From Callorhinchus milii (lineage: Eukaryota), in contig NW_024704743.1 in the NCBI RefSeq assembly GCF_018977255.1, forward strand, positions 31,808,001 to 31,872,000: a stretch of DNA of 64,000 bases, in the 5' to 3' direction. Position 1 is the first letter of the stretch; each line of letters starts with the position of its first letter. A program made the translations under genes and the position numbers. Below are positions 48,684 through 61,002 of the stretch, piece after piece. Under the pieces are notes generated by a model. That model was not told the DNA's origin. It was given only the letters and a program-made list of their open reading frames with translations, and did not search any database.

Positions 48684-49720
48684 GTCAGTCTGGCTCAGGT
48701 GGTAGCGCTCTCACCTCTGAACCAGATGGTCATGGGTTAAAATCCCATGTCAGAACTTTGAACTCAACCTCGGATGACATCCCAGTAGAGTGCGGGGAGA
48801 GCACTGCATTGTCAGAGGTATCATGGTTTGGATAGTTTGGGTGGGGGGTGGTGTGTGACACATGTGGAAACCAATCACCATACTTAAGAGTATCAAACCA
48901 CCTGACAATTCCATTCATCCCACCTACACATGGAAATCCCAGAGATAGGTTGTAGGAATGGAATGGGTACTCTCTCCCTGGAGGGACGCATCCTGTTTAC
49001 CTAATTCCAGAAAGATTGAGCCGTAGGTTGGCACAAACTAAGGCTTGGGGACCGTAGTGTGCGATTGGGTACTGCTAGAGTCCAACCAGCTAAACCTACA
49101 TAGCTTGCCATTGATATTGCTGTCTGGCCACCTTTCCCGCTGCTTGTCTGGCTAGGACAACCCTACCCGTTAGGGCTTCGGTTTTCAGGGTTAACAGAAG
49201 CTGAGTGGGAGGATTCCCTGCTCTCAGTCAATAGTCTGCCCTTCCAAGTCCTACCAATGAGCCAGGCTGGCTGTCCTGTCATCAGCAGTGCCCTAGAATA
49301 TGGCAGACCCGCTTGGCTCAGGAACCGGACTACGGAGACTGCCACAGAGGGCTGGCCTGATTCTGACATTCTGTTGCCAAACATGTCACTTTGAAGCCAG
49401 TTCAGCTCCAAGGAGACCCTACTTATCTCCCCTCCAAGGAGGATAGTCCTTCAGATGAGAAGTTAAACCAAGGTCCTGTCTGCCTGTTCAGGTGGAAGTT
49501 ATAGACCCTTGACACTATACGTATTTGAAAAAAAGGGGTGAGTTTCTCCAGATGTCTTGGCCAACAATCCCCAAGATAAAATTGGTTATTCACTCCAAAG
49601 CTGTTTGTGGGACATTGGTTGTGCAAATTGGCTGTAGTACAGTCACTACACTTTACAGTAAATCCTGTGAATCAATTCGAGACATCCTCCCAATGTTAAA
49701 GTGGCTATATCAATACAGTA
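48684..49720 (+). mobile_element. DeuSINE split by the unclassified repeat (head 48684-48822; Deu domain and tail about 49440-49720)
   Basis: ...gcactgcattgtcagaggtatc | insertion | gtccttcagatgagaagttaaaccaaggtcctgtctgcc... is contiguous in uninterrupted copies (e.g. about 12770-12830). Confidence 0.85.
48823..49440. repeat. Unclassified interspersed repeat, copy 2 of 4 (longest)
   Basis: Homologous to 15275-15625 and 52268-52800; boundaries set by the host SINE. Confidence 0.85.
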
Positions 49721-50019
49721 AACCTCACATAAGTCACATCAGTTGGGACCACGCATTTAATATGATGTTTGCAAAATATGAGTTATGTGAAACTTATAAC
49801 TAATAGGAAATTCAATAGAACTATGGTGGATGTATGTCTTAGGCAATTATACAATTTATACAGATCAGACTTATGCAAGTTTTACTGTAATATTATCATT
49901 GAATATCTCAGGAAGGCAAAAATTTTTAGGTTTTGGATTGATTCCTGTAAATTAATTTAATCTAGATATTAAATGCTATTAAAGTTGCTGCATTTGTTAT
50001 TCCCGACATTTAACTACAT

Positions 50020-50445
50020 GTCATTTAGTTCAGTTGAAAGCCCTTCAGATTGTGCGTTTGAGACCCACACCAGGATTTGAGTTTATAATCTAGGCTGACC
50101 CTTCTGTTCAGCACTGATGGATCGATACATTGTTGGAGGTGCCTTCCTTTGGATGAGCCGTTAAACTAATGTTTCATCTAGCTTTTCCAATGGATGTTCA
50201 AGATCCCACAGCACTATTTCAAAGACCAGGGAGTTCTCCCAGTGTCCTGGCCAATATTCTACCCTTATCCAAATATAGACTAAAATTGGTAATTTGCCTC
50301 ATTTCTCTTTGTGGGACATTGCTGGAGTACATTAGCTGCTGTGTTTGCCTTCATAAAGAAGAGTCACTGTACTTGAGAGTAACTTATTGTGTGAAATACT
50401 TTGAGGCATTTCAATGTAATATTAACTGCAAGCATCATTATAAAT
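50020..50445 (+). mobile_element. DeuSINE, near full length, diverged
   Basis: ggaggtgccttcctttggatgagccgttaaac...agatcccacagcactatttc...gggagttctcccagtgtcctggccaatatt. Confidence 0.82.
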
Positions 50446-52267
50446 TAATTATAGTTCCCTTTTGCATATTCAGACTATTCTGTGGTCCCTACATAGTGAA
50501 GTGGAACCCATCATCAGTACTCTTGCAATGAAACCGAAGAGCTAAGAGAAAGAGATGGTTTTATCATTTCAATAAGATCTAAGCATCTGCGTTTTTTTTC
50601 TGTCAAATTGCTGAAATATCTTTCTTGTTATTAACTTCGTCAGTTACATTTTTCCTGGCTTAAATCAACACTTCTCATTTCAATTTGAATGGTCCCCGTC
50701 ATAAATATGTTCCCTTCGAACCTCTGACCTCAGCAGTTCTCCCTAGTAGCTTGTTAATTAATACCAGAACGCCAACTGGTAGCGTCTTATAATGCAGTCA
50801 GTGAAAAGGTTTGAGGTGCTAGAACAGCCACAGTGGACACATTTAAACTAAATAGATGCCATCTGGCTTTCTTTAAAAAAATGTCATGTCAGGCTGCTGC
50901 TAACTGTTCAAACAAACACGTTCCCTCTGCATGCTGGTCAGAGTAATGATTGGCCGCTTGCTCCTGCGGTTGCATTCCTATATGGAACAGTTTAAGTTCC
51001 CAGGACCCAGTCTAACATGCTGCGTATTGTGGGTACTGTAAAACACTCAGCAATCCATGGGATGTTACCAACATCACTTTCCTATTACAAGAGGATTTAC
51101 TGCAGTCGTTTTGTTTTAACATAACACCTTGTGTTGATTATGCTGTCTCGTGTTCCCACGTTATATATTCACAGTAGTGATTTAATTTGCCAAGAAAGAC
51201 AAGATTGAGTTCGTTCTACAGAAATGAACCTTTTCATCAAAATAGGTTTCCAGTAGCTTTGATCACATTCGTGGATACAGTCACCAAGTCTGACGAACGT
51301 GATAGGATGACATGAGGACCCAACCTCTTTAACTCTGATATTGTTTCTATTGGAACATGTCTGGATGTGCAACCAAGATCCCAAAACAGTGTATATATTA
51401 GTTTTATGTTAATACAGTTTCTCTCCTAAAGCATAGAAGTTTCTGAATATAAATTTGTATGATGCTCACGTGTTACTCAGGAACAATAACTCTCAACTTT
51501 GTTACTACAAGGATTTATAAGCTACATATCCTCAGCCTCTGCATGAAGGAAGGGGTCCACCAAGTAGAGATTAATACAAGATGAGCAATGCATTACAGAA
51601 GGAAGCTCTACAGAGTTTGGGACGCATCTGGTAAGAAAGCTCTGTTGGGGTGGAGGGGGCGGAGGGTTGGGGGGTGGGTGGCTGGGGGAGCAGATGTAGT
51701 TTTATCACTGCTTTGTGTGAAATGCAAAAAAAATTTAATTTGTAACCAATAATTTAAACTGTATGTGAACTCCTCGGGGTATACATGGAGACCAACAGTT
51801 AACTCTTTAAATTGAAAAAAGATGTTTCAATGTGTTGCAATTTGTGGAATCGCCACCAGCTCCTTCTCAGGCTTTAAGAACTCGGGATACTTGCAATGTT
51901 TGACAACTCGAGGACTTGTGCTGATATACCTCCACACACTCCACTGTAAACACACAAACACACAGTATTGTTGCCATAGGGACTCAGAAACTCTACTGGG
52001 GCTGTTTTATAGACCATGCTCTCCCCTTGCCAGCTAATAATTAACCGCATGCAGCTTCCTTCTTCTCCAGTAATATGAATATTCAGTGAGAAGTTTCACA
52101 AACCTGACTGAATACCTGAGGCAGCCGATATTGAACTAACTGGAGAGTGCTGGATTCATGTTCTTTGATCATTTGGTGCTCCACACTTGGACTGACCACC
52201 TTCATTGGGTGAGTTTTAGGAAACTGTAGCGAGGCAATTAGAGGGAAAGCTTTTTTGGGGGTTGGTC

Positions 52268-52800
52268 TGGGTCTGACACATGCAGAAACCATCATCATGC
52301 TTAAGAGCATCCAAACCAAATTAAGAATTCCAGAAATATGCCACCTACACATGGAAATCCCAGCGATAGATTGTTGGAATGGAATGCATCCTCTCACCCT
52401 GAGGGATGCATCCTGCTTACCTAATTCCGGAGTGAATTAAGAGCAGGTTGGGAAGAGCCAAGGCTTGGGGACCCCAGAGTGTGCGTTGGAGTTTAACCAG
52501 CTAAAATCTCATAGTTTGCCATTGAAAACACTGTTTGCAAGCTTTCTGCTTGCCTGTCCGGCCACAATCATCCTACTCTTTAGAACCTTGGCTTGCTGGA
52601 TGAACAGAAATGGGAAGAATCGCTGTCCCCACTGACTGATTTTCCCTAACCAAGTACTGGCGATGAGCTAGGATGGCTGTGCTGCCAGCATCAGTGTCCT
52701 GGAGTACCACAGACCCACCTGGCTCAGGATGAACTGCACTGAGACAGCCACAGGGGGGGTTGGTTCAATTCTGACATTCGGTTGCAGGAAGAGTCATGTT
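52268..52800. repeat. Unclassified interspersed repeat, copy 3 of 4
   Basis: Colinear with 48850-49390 throughout, e.g. ggctcagga...gagac.gccacag.ggg...attctgacattc. Confidence 0.85.
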
Positions 52801-53967
52801 GAGAAGTCAAGAGGGAAGGAGTTGGCAATTGCTTTGCTCATGAATGAAGCAATGCAAGTAGAGAAATGCATGAACTGCAACCATACTGCAATCTAACTTC
52901 TTGTTCCAACTGGAAGAGAATGTGACCGGCAATGAAGAGACTTGATAAGTTAGAGCTTTAGCTTTTATTCTCTTCCTTCCTGAAGGAATTTGATTACTTT
53001 TCCTTATAGTATTGTTTTAAAATTCAGTTTTACATAGCTCTTAAGTTAAGACTGAGTTTAAGAAATGTTCACATTTCTCCACCAACTTAAATTTTAATAC
53101 GAGGTGGTTTTACAGGCGGAATTCCGGACCTCAAGTTACATAAAGTGATTCAGCATGGAAACGGCCCATTTGGCCAACTGTTCCATGCCAGTGTTGACAC
53201 TCCACATGCGATCCCTATCTATACCTCCCCTATACTCCTCCCCCTCTCCCTCATGTAATTATGCTGACTACAATGGAGAGGAGAGATGATTCTTTGTCAG
53301 ATTAACACAGAGAGATGTAAATCTCAGCACCGAAGGGGGCCATGCAGTGATCAGGCCCATCATGCCCATCTCACAACCGAGTGTGCTTTGTGTTTGTTCT
53401 CCTTAAAAGAAATAGAAATCTTTAAAAATGTCATTTCTATGTACATTTCTCTACCAACTGAGATTCATTGAACAATCCAGCTTGGCACCACATCAGCCGT
53501 TACACATCTCACAATAAGTGAATTTCACCAATTACCCAAGTTCTATGTTCCAGATCATATATCAATAATTACGTGTACAAAAAACATAGATCCTGTTATC
53601 TTGAAACAGTGATATAATCAACTTCCCCCCGCAATAAAATATGGCTCCGATGGGAAAATCATGAAATCCCAAATTGAACAAGAGAGAATAAATAATCTCC
53701 CATAGTTGTTCATACCCTGAATCTGCCTCTCACAAACACAACTTGTGATTTATTGCTACATTTATCTCACAACAGAAATATTGGAGATACTACGCCTTTT
53801 TGGCTCCACAAACTAGCATTTTTACAAGTTGTACCATATCTTTGTCAAAATTAATATTGCTGTTGCACAGTGTTTTCTGTGGCTTCCAAATTAAGATTGA
53901 ATTTAAGGGTTTTCCAAAACTCTGAACGATCTGATATTTTAGGTCTTTACCTTGAGAGTTTCGGGTG

Positions 53968-54090
53968 AATTTGAGACATCTCAAAACGCTTCACAGAATA
54001 TACTGTAAAGTGAATGAGCTATATGTTTTGTGGGCAAAACACAGCAGTCAATTGCACACAGCAGTGACCCACAAACAGCTGTAGATTGAA
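53968..54090 (-). mobile_element. tRNA-SINE body fragment
   Basis: cgcttcacagaatatactgtaaagtgaa...caattgcacacagcagtgacccacaaacag. Confidence 0.85.
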
Positions 54091-54724
54091 TAAAGTCTAG
54101 TGTGTAATTTTAAAAAATAATTCCACTGATGTAATTACAATGGAGCAAGTGTCACAGATGTGCCAGCACCCACGAGGTTATGGGGGCCCAACCCACGGGC
54201 GGTGGAACAACACGTGTTGTCTCACTCCCCATTTGGATATAGCCGCCCCATGCATGAGCTTTGCCACGAAGAAAGAGAACACAAGAAACGGAAATGGTGA
54301 AGATGAGCAAAATTTTAGATTCTTGTACTAGGGTCCCTGGAGCCTTGTTATGCTACTAGATCATTCAGCACAGTACGCTCCAGGTATTGAAGTGTTTGAT
54401 GTGGGCTAAGCACTATCTTGCTCCATTCTGTACGTTTTGGGAATTTGTCCCTGCATGTGTGACATTAAGATATAAATTAAACAATGCTTTTAAAATTGCT
54501 TTGGAATTATTTCCAAGCACACAGGGGAAAATTGTGAGCCTGAATAATTATGTTTCTGTTCAGCTGGGAGTCTGGCACACTTGCAAACCCTTACTGCGCT
54601 TAAGAGTTTCCAGTTCCAGCTACTGAGAACTCACAAAGGTATAGATTCTGTTTGTCAGTTCTGGAGTGTACAAACTCCCTCCCCCGCTCCCACTCCCACT
54701 CCCAGAGTGATGCCAGAGCTCGAC

Positions 54725-54925
54725 AATGCCTGGAACTCAGGTAAGGATTGACAGAAAACAAGGCATTAGGGACCCCAAAACGTGCATTACTGCATTGCTG
54801 GAAATGAACCAGTTAAAACAGTGCAGCTTACCATTACTTGGCTCAGGTCTGCTTCCTACTGTTCGTCTAGCAAGGATTACCTTACCCGTAAGGACATTGG
54901 CTTTGCACAGTTATCACAAGATCAC
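54725..54925. repeat. Unclassified interspersed repeat, copy 4 (short, most diverged)
   Basis: aaggcattagggacccc...tgctgga..aaccagttaaaac...agcttaccatt...cttacccgtaagg match the internal part of the other copies. Confidence 0.65.
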
Positions 54926-56132
54926 CAGAGAGGTTCATATGAAGAAAGCTCTTAGGCTAATTTGACTTACGTTTCCAGAACACGAGCCCTACTTTCTTTC
55001 CATTACAGTATGAAACTGTTTCTAAACTGAGTCCAGGGTCAAAGTCTTAATCACCCCTTCTGGTTACCTGTTTAATTAGGAACCAAAGAGAAGAATCCAC
55101 TCTTCTGCGTCCCCCCCATGATATATCTATCCTTCCGAGTTGCATCAACAATGCTGTACAGTTCTGAAGACTGTCGAGTACTAGATCAATAGAACGCAGA
55201 GTTTGTTCAGCTCCACTCCCCCTTTGCCAGAGTGGCTCAGTGGAGCCAGAGTGACCCTGCTTGTGGTATATAATGGGGTTGGGGATTTGGCAAGGGGAAT
55301 CCATGCCAACAGTAGGGCTCCTTCCTGCTGAGAAGAAAAGGAGCCCAGTCTTTAGAAGAGGGACCAGCAGAGAAGCTGGAGGATAAACTGGATAATGTTA
55401 AAGGGTTTTTCTAACATACAGAGAAAATATCATCAAATGCAGGGATACTATATAAAAGGGAAAGAGTAATAATATATGCAGGCCTAAAAGGTTGAATGCT
55501 AAAAGAATTGCACACAGGTCATTGGGGAATGGAGAGAGTAAAAAACACAAGCATGAGGTATTACGTTGCGGTCTGGAATGACAGAGCTAATAGAAGAATA
55601 TATTGTATGTATAATTTCTGCAGCAGGTCTGACCTTTGCTTTTCGTTCCTTTATTTTCGCTAAACCCACACGACCCGCGGTTCTCTCACCCACTTTAGTA
55701 ATCATAATACAAGATTTAAAAATAAAATTGCGGCCTGTTTAATTTCAGACAAAAATATCTGAGGATAACAAAAATAACTAAATTCAAGGGGCCATGAAAA
55801 ATATCGGTCAGACAGTGGCCATATCACATTTGTTCTAAATACAGAAACAGGAATCAAAACACAGAAGACCTACGAAATACCAGATCAAGCCTGGAGGAAA
55901 ATAGGCCCGGACCTATTTCAGCACAAGGGGAGAGAGTAGATGATGAAATATTCTTAAATAGTAATACTAAAATACATAAGATATTACAAAGAAAATGGGG
56001 GTGGGGGGCGGGTGTCAGGGGGCAGACCCTCAAGAAAAATAAGTCCGATAAGCAAACAAGAGCTACAAAAAATAAATAAAATAAAAAATAAACTACAGGA
56101 AGTTTGCCAAAGGTCATGTGTTCAATCGTATG

Positions 56133-56394
56133 ATAATAATAATAATCCAATCATTTGATATAGCACCTTATTACATCTTTGTCTCAAAGCACTTCACAGA
56201 ATATACTGGGCAAAACGCGGCAGCCAATTGTGCCCAGCAGTGTCCCACAAACAGTCGTGGATTGAAGTGAACAATTTTTTTTGAAGGAATTATTACCACA
56301 GGAAATGCAATCCACCATTCGACTAACAACAGGGTTCCTGCTTACTGTTAGGTAAACAGAGGCATGTGGAGTAAGGAAACTTGCCCAAAGTTTC
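56133..56394 (-). mobile_element. tRNA-SINE (long form, headless) inside the Gypsy relic
   Basis: cagccaattgtgcccagcagtgtcccacaaacagtcgtggattg...gaggcatgtggagtaaggaaacttgccca. Confidence 0.9.
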
Positions 56395-56877
56395 ATGAAG
56401 ATAACGTCTTCACCAAATTATCCAGAGGGTAATGGATTCATCAAAAGGATGATGCAGACTATTGAAAGAAGCAGAGGAAGATGGCTCAGATGAGCACATT
56501 GCAATGATTGAGCACAAACAATCTTTGCAATCAGAATGGATCTCTAGGGGTATACGAAACACTTTACCGATGAACAACAGACCAACTAAAATCTCAAAAC
56601 CAGAAAAACCTAAGTTGATGGAAAGAAAGGGAAACTAAACAGGAAGGTAGTGCAATAAATCAATAAGAGATCTGGAAGAGTTGATAAGAGCACAAGAGAG
56701 GTTGGGATGAAGAAGGCTCTTCAATCCATTTAATTTAATCCTTCCAGAGTAGAGGAACACATATGGTCCCAGAAAACTGACACATGTAGGGAGGTAAAGG
56801 GTAAAGTCGTAAAGAAAGCACAAGAGCCAATGTTTTATAAGGTAAAAGATGACTACAGCAATGTACTATGGAGGAAC

Positions 56878-57037
56878 ACGACTGTTTGTGGGACATTGCT
56901 GTGCACAATTGGCTGCTGCGTTTGCCCACAAATATACAGTCAATTCACTTTACAGTATATTCTGTGAAGCGCTTTGGGACGTCTAGAAGACGTGAAAAGC
57001 GCTATATCAAATGCAAGGATTATTATTATTATTATTA
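56878..57037 (+). mobile_element. Young tRNA-SINE 3' half inside the Gypsy relic
   Basis: Consensus-like body and (att)n tail. Confidence 0.93.
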
Positions 57038-57399
57038 AAATGGACATTATCAAAAGAAATACAATAAAACAGGTGAAGTTCAAGGGGACTGCGATGCATG
57101 TCAAAAGCAGGAAGAGGAAGAGAATAGAGCATGCAAGGTAGCACAAAGTTATATCTCAACAAGAGGGAAAGATTATCAAACCCTCAAGACTAGAAGAGGA
57201 ATGTTAAATATTTGTGTGGTGGACATGTAAGAGTGATTTAGTTTGTTATTCGTCATTCTCAAATGCTTTCTTACAATGGAAGTACAGTAGACTAGACGAT
57301 TTAGTTTTTTTATCAACATGTAAAGATTCCCCCTTCCTCTCTGCTTTCAAACTTAAAATCTATCTCTTTGACTACACTTTCAGCCATCTCAAAACATTT

Positions 57400-57594
57400 T
57401 AAAAAAATAATAATAGTGATTTGGTCATTCAATCCATAACTGTTTGTGGGACACTGCTGTGCACAATTGGCTGCCACGTTTGGCCAGAAAATATATAGTC
57501 AATTCACTTTACAGTATATTCTGTGAAGCGCTTTGAGACGTCTAGAAGACTTGATAAGGCGCTATATCAAATGTAAGGATTATTATTATTATTA
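57400..57594 (+). mobile_element. tRNA-SINE 3' half, inserted in an old L2 3' end (about 57325-57680)
   Basis: Standard body and tail; flanks read as an L2 end (ttcaaacttaaaatctatctctttgactacactttcagcc). Confidence 0.88.
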
Positions 57595-57729
57595 TCTCCC
57601 ACCCACACGTCACTCCGCATCTTCTTGCCAGCTTGGGCTCTCACTCTGCGTTTGTAAATCGAGATATAATAAGCACCAATCCTTACATATGATATAGTGC
57701 CTTATCGCACCGTAACATCTCAAAGCACT

Positions 57730-58190
57730 TCAACAACAGCAGCTTGCATTTATATATATCCTTCACGAAGAATAACATCTCGGAACGCTGTGCAATTGTA
57801 CTGTTGGCTACCGAGCAAGAAAGAAGCAGGAGGGGGAGGTGATCCTAAGCGCATTCGAGGGGTTATGTTTTCAGGTAGGTTTTAAAGGTAAATAAAGAGG
57901 GGTGAGGCAGAAAGATTGAAGTAGGAAGTTCCATAGATTAGGGGCATAGAGGCCAAAAGCTTAGCCATCAATGGTGGTGCAGAGGAATTAGGAGACGTAC
58001 AGCAGGCCTATTAGTTGACCTAAGTGCTGCCAAGGTGAAAGGCGCTATACAAATGTAATTTTGTATGGCATTGTATTGTAAATTGAGTTAGTTGAGCGAA
58101 GGGGGCAGGCAGGGGAGTGGCCTACGAGCAGGTCACATATATCGGGAGATGCTAGGCTATTGATATGTGAGGGTGAGGATCATGAAATCA
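57730..58190 (-). mobile_element. Old L2 3' region
   Basis: gcttgcatttatata tail; ggaagttccatagattaggggcatagaggccaaaagc. Confidence 0.7.
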
Positions 58191-58204
58191 GACCATTTGG
58201 GTGA

Positions 58205-58480
58205 CACAAATTTTTCTGTAAAATCTAGTGACTGTATATTTTGTAGGCGAATATGGCAGCACAAAATAATTTGCGCACAGACATGTTCCAAAAATAGCTA
58301 TGAAGTGAATGGCCAATTTTTTACCTGGTGGATTGTTGGCCAGGCACCGGGAGAAACTCCCTTCTCTTTTCTAACATAAATACAAATTGTTGTGTTGAAT
58401 AATGCCATGGCATCTTTAATATTCACCCAAACAGGTAGACAGGATCTCAGTGCATCCCATCCCAGATGTTGAGACCTTCG
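58205..58480 (-). mobile_element. DeuSINE fragment
   Basis: gattgttggccaggcaccgggagaaactccc...aataatgccatggcatctttaa. Confidence 0.75.
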
Positions 58481-59526
58481 CTTATGTGAAAGCTTTTTTT
58501 TACATGCGCAAATTGTTGCTGGTAGCAAATTAACCAGCATGTAGAGAAGCACCTCAAATATGCGTTGAACTCCAATGTGAAAGGGTCCTGGCATGGCTGA
58601 TCGTACATTGTTAAGAGTGTCAAAAAGAAACACAAATTGCAAGAAACACAAATTGCTTGGAACACAATTTCCTTGATACACAAAAGGACATCAATTAGCA
58701 TCTCAAAGGGATAGAAAGCCCGAGGTTTTGGGTGTGACCCCACTTTATGATGTTAATGAATAGTATTTTGATGGGTTTCTGCAATTATATTATAGCTATA
58801 GCTGTTCGCCTTGGGCTAAATTCTGTGTAAAAGTGCACCAGTGGGTGTTGCTTTCTCTGTCGTATTTGGACATAGAATATAATTAGTGCTTCTGATTTTC
58901 AGTTTTAACCGATTAACCCCGATAAAATAATACTATATAAAAAAAAGAAACATTGCATATCTCTCCATGCCCTTGCCATACCCCAGCACTGTAACCTCTT
59001 ATAGGCTCACTCTTCCACCCACTCCCTCTGCTCTAAAAACTCAAGCCTCCTGGCACATTACTCACCCGCTCTGTCCCACCATCAGTGTCTGGCCCTTCAT
59101 CTGATATGCCTCTGTGTCTTTTCTCCTGTTTGCAAGTGTAAGTTGTTATTGGTATTGTGGTAAGAGAAACATCACTTAGGCTTTTACAGGTATGTTAGTT
59201 TCATGATTGACCTGACACTGTTTATAGAGATATAGCATTAGGTAGCAAATGCCATGTGACTGGTATGGGGGGAAGGGGGAGACAAATTGGTAGTTTTACT
59301 TTTTCTTCCACTTACAATTATTCCATGGAGGACACCTCACAAGACTAGCTTACTACAAGAGCACCAGCGAGCCAGAAAAACCTCATTTACCACTGCTGCT
59401 CTGCCAGTAATTTGGGAATTCTTTCCCAGTGATTTGTGATTTCATGACCAGCTTTTGTATCTTGCAGGTGTGAAAATGAACAATAATGGGAAAGACTTGC
59501 ATTCTATCACATTTGGGTTGTGTAAT

Positions 59527-59910
59527 ATAATAATAATAATAATCCTTGCATTTGATATAGTGCCTTATCATGTCTTCAAGACGTCTCAAAGTGCTTCACA
59601 GAATATATTGTAAAGTGAATTGACTATATTTTGTGGGTAAAATGCGGTAGCCAACTATGCACAGCAGTGTCCCACAAACAGTCGTGGATTGAGTCACCAA
59701 TTATTATATATATATTTTTTGAAGAGATTATTACCACCGGAAAAGCGATCTACGATCTATCAATCGACGAACAACAGGGTTCCTATTTACTGCTCGGTAA
59801 ATAGAGGCATGTGGCGTAAGGAAACTTTCCCAACGTTCCACCTTGCCCAGGAATCAAACCCAGGTCTTCTCACTTGCGAAGCGAGTGCTCTAACCACTAA
59901 AGGACTCCAA
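59527..59910 (-). mobile_element. Full-length tRNA-SINE, long form
   Basis: Runs from tail to head (...gcgagtgctctaaccactaaaggactcca) and includes the central block. Confidence 0.93.
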
Positions 59911-60429
59911 ATATGACAGGAGTTGCCATTAATGTGACAATTTTACTGGCATCGCCCAGCATTCTTTTTATCCTTGCCTAATCTAGATTCTCACAGGATG
60001 CAAATTGTACTTTAAAAATCTAAATGTTAATGTTTAGATTTCATACTGACGACAATACATGCTGAGGAATACCTGCAGATCAATTGGTCTAATCTGCACA
60101 TTTGAGTAAGAAAAATTGCCTATAAACCTTTTCACTGGCCATCAATTACATAATAAAGGATACCTTAACACCCTGGGCACAGATTAGTTTGCATATAGTT
60201 GCTCACCCAACCTGCAAACTAGGCCTCACTGTATTTTAGTCCACTTTATAGTCATTGTGTCAAGGAACAGCAATGATAGGTGGAGTGGAAATGGAAATCC
60301 GATTGTGTAGTCAGTGCACTGGACCATAACTATAAACTCGCCAAAGCTGTGCAGAGCATCATCAGTAATTATTTTTCCTAACAGTGGCTGGTTGTTGCAT
60401 GTTTATATTAGTTGCACACTCACTTCCTT

Positions 60430-60620
60430 ATAATCCTATAATAATCCTTGCATTTGATATAGCGCCTTATGATGCCTTCGAGATGTCTCAAAGCGCTTCA
60501 CAGGATACACTGTAAAATGAATTGACATTTTGTGGGTGAACGCAGGAGTCAAATGTGCACAGCTGTGTCCCACAAACAGTCGTGGATTGAGTGAACAATT
60601 TCTATTTTGGAGGGATTATC
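60430..60620 (-). mobile_element. tRNA-SINE 3' half
   Basis: ataatccttgcatttgatatagcgcc...cccacaaacagtcgtggattgagtg. Confidence 0.9.
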
Positions 60621-60837
60621 TTGTAACTCCTGGGCAATTTTTATCTTGAAGAACAGACTGACTGCAGGGAGGGTAGAGGGGCAAACATAATGGAGTACAA
60701 AGACAATTGCAAAGAAAGCTATGCTATGAGCAAGAAGTTAACTGAGCTAATTACATTTTGAAACTGTTATGTGACCAATGAATATGATATATGGCTCTTC
60801 ATTTCCTCACAATTATATTGAGTGCTAAGAAGAACCC

Positions 60838-61002
60838 TATAATGAGTTTTACTAACAGGAATATAATAATGAGCCAATGTCATGAATATTATAATGAGCT
60901 AATGGTATTAATATTATAATGAGGCAATAACCTGAATATTATAATGAGTTAATGGTATTAATATTATAATGAGACAATAACCTGAATATTATAATGAGCT
61001 AG
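60838..61002. repeat. 25-bp minisatellite with alternating A/B units (50-bp higher-order repeat)
   Basis: Core aatattataatgag at 60885, 60910, 60935, 60960 and 60985 (degenerate at 60860); linkers alternate (c/t)taatggtatt and (g/a)caataacctg. Confidence 0.95.

Larger units (their letters stand above)
55370..57320 (+). mobile_element. Fossil Ty3/Gypsy LTR retrotransposon: integrase, PPT and start of 3' LTR, with several younger insertions
   Basis: My translations: GILYKRERVII...LKELHTGHWGMERVK (from 55442), YEIPDQAWRKIGPDLFQHKG (from 55871), KITSSPNYPEGNGFIKRMMQTI (from 56398), GKVVKKAQEPMFYKV...VLWRN (from about 56800). Purine tract agaagaggaa at 57192-57201 is followed by TG. Confidence 0.85.

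Noticed and set aside
49040..49085. Faint resemblance to a hepacivirus IRES (gtagtgt...ggtactgc)
   Set aside because: Only two short words match, spacing differs and no viral ORF follows
49255..49300. Hammerhead ribozyme core (CTGATGA on the minus strand) in the unclassified repeat
   Set aside because: No correctly placed GAAA and stems, and the motif is not conserved in the 52268-52800 copy
60860..61002. CRISPR-like repeat/spacer pattern
   Set aside because: The repeat is only 14 bp, the 11-bp 'spacers' themselves repeat alternately, there are no cas genes, and the context is vertebrate; it is a minisatellite
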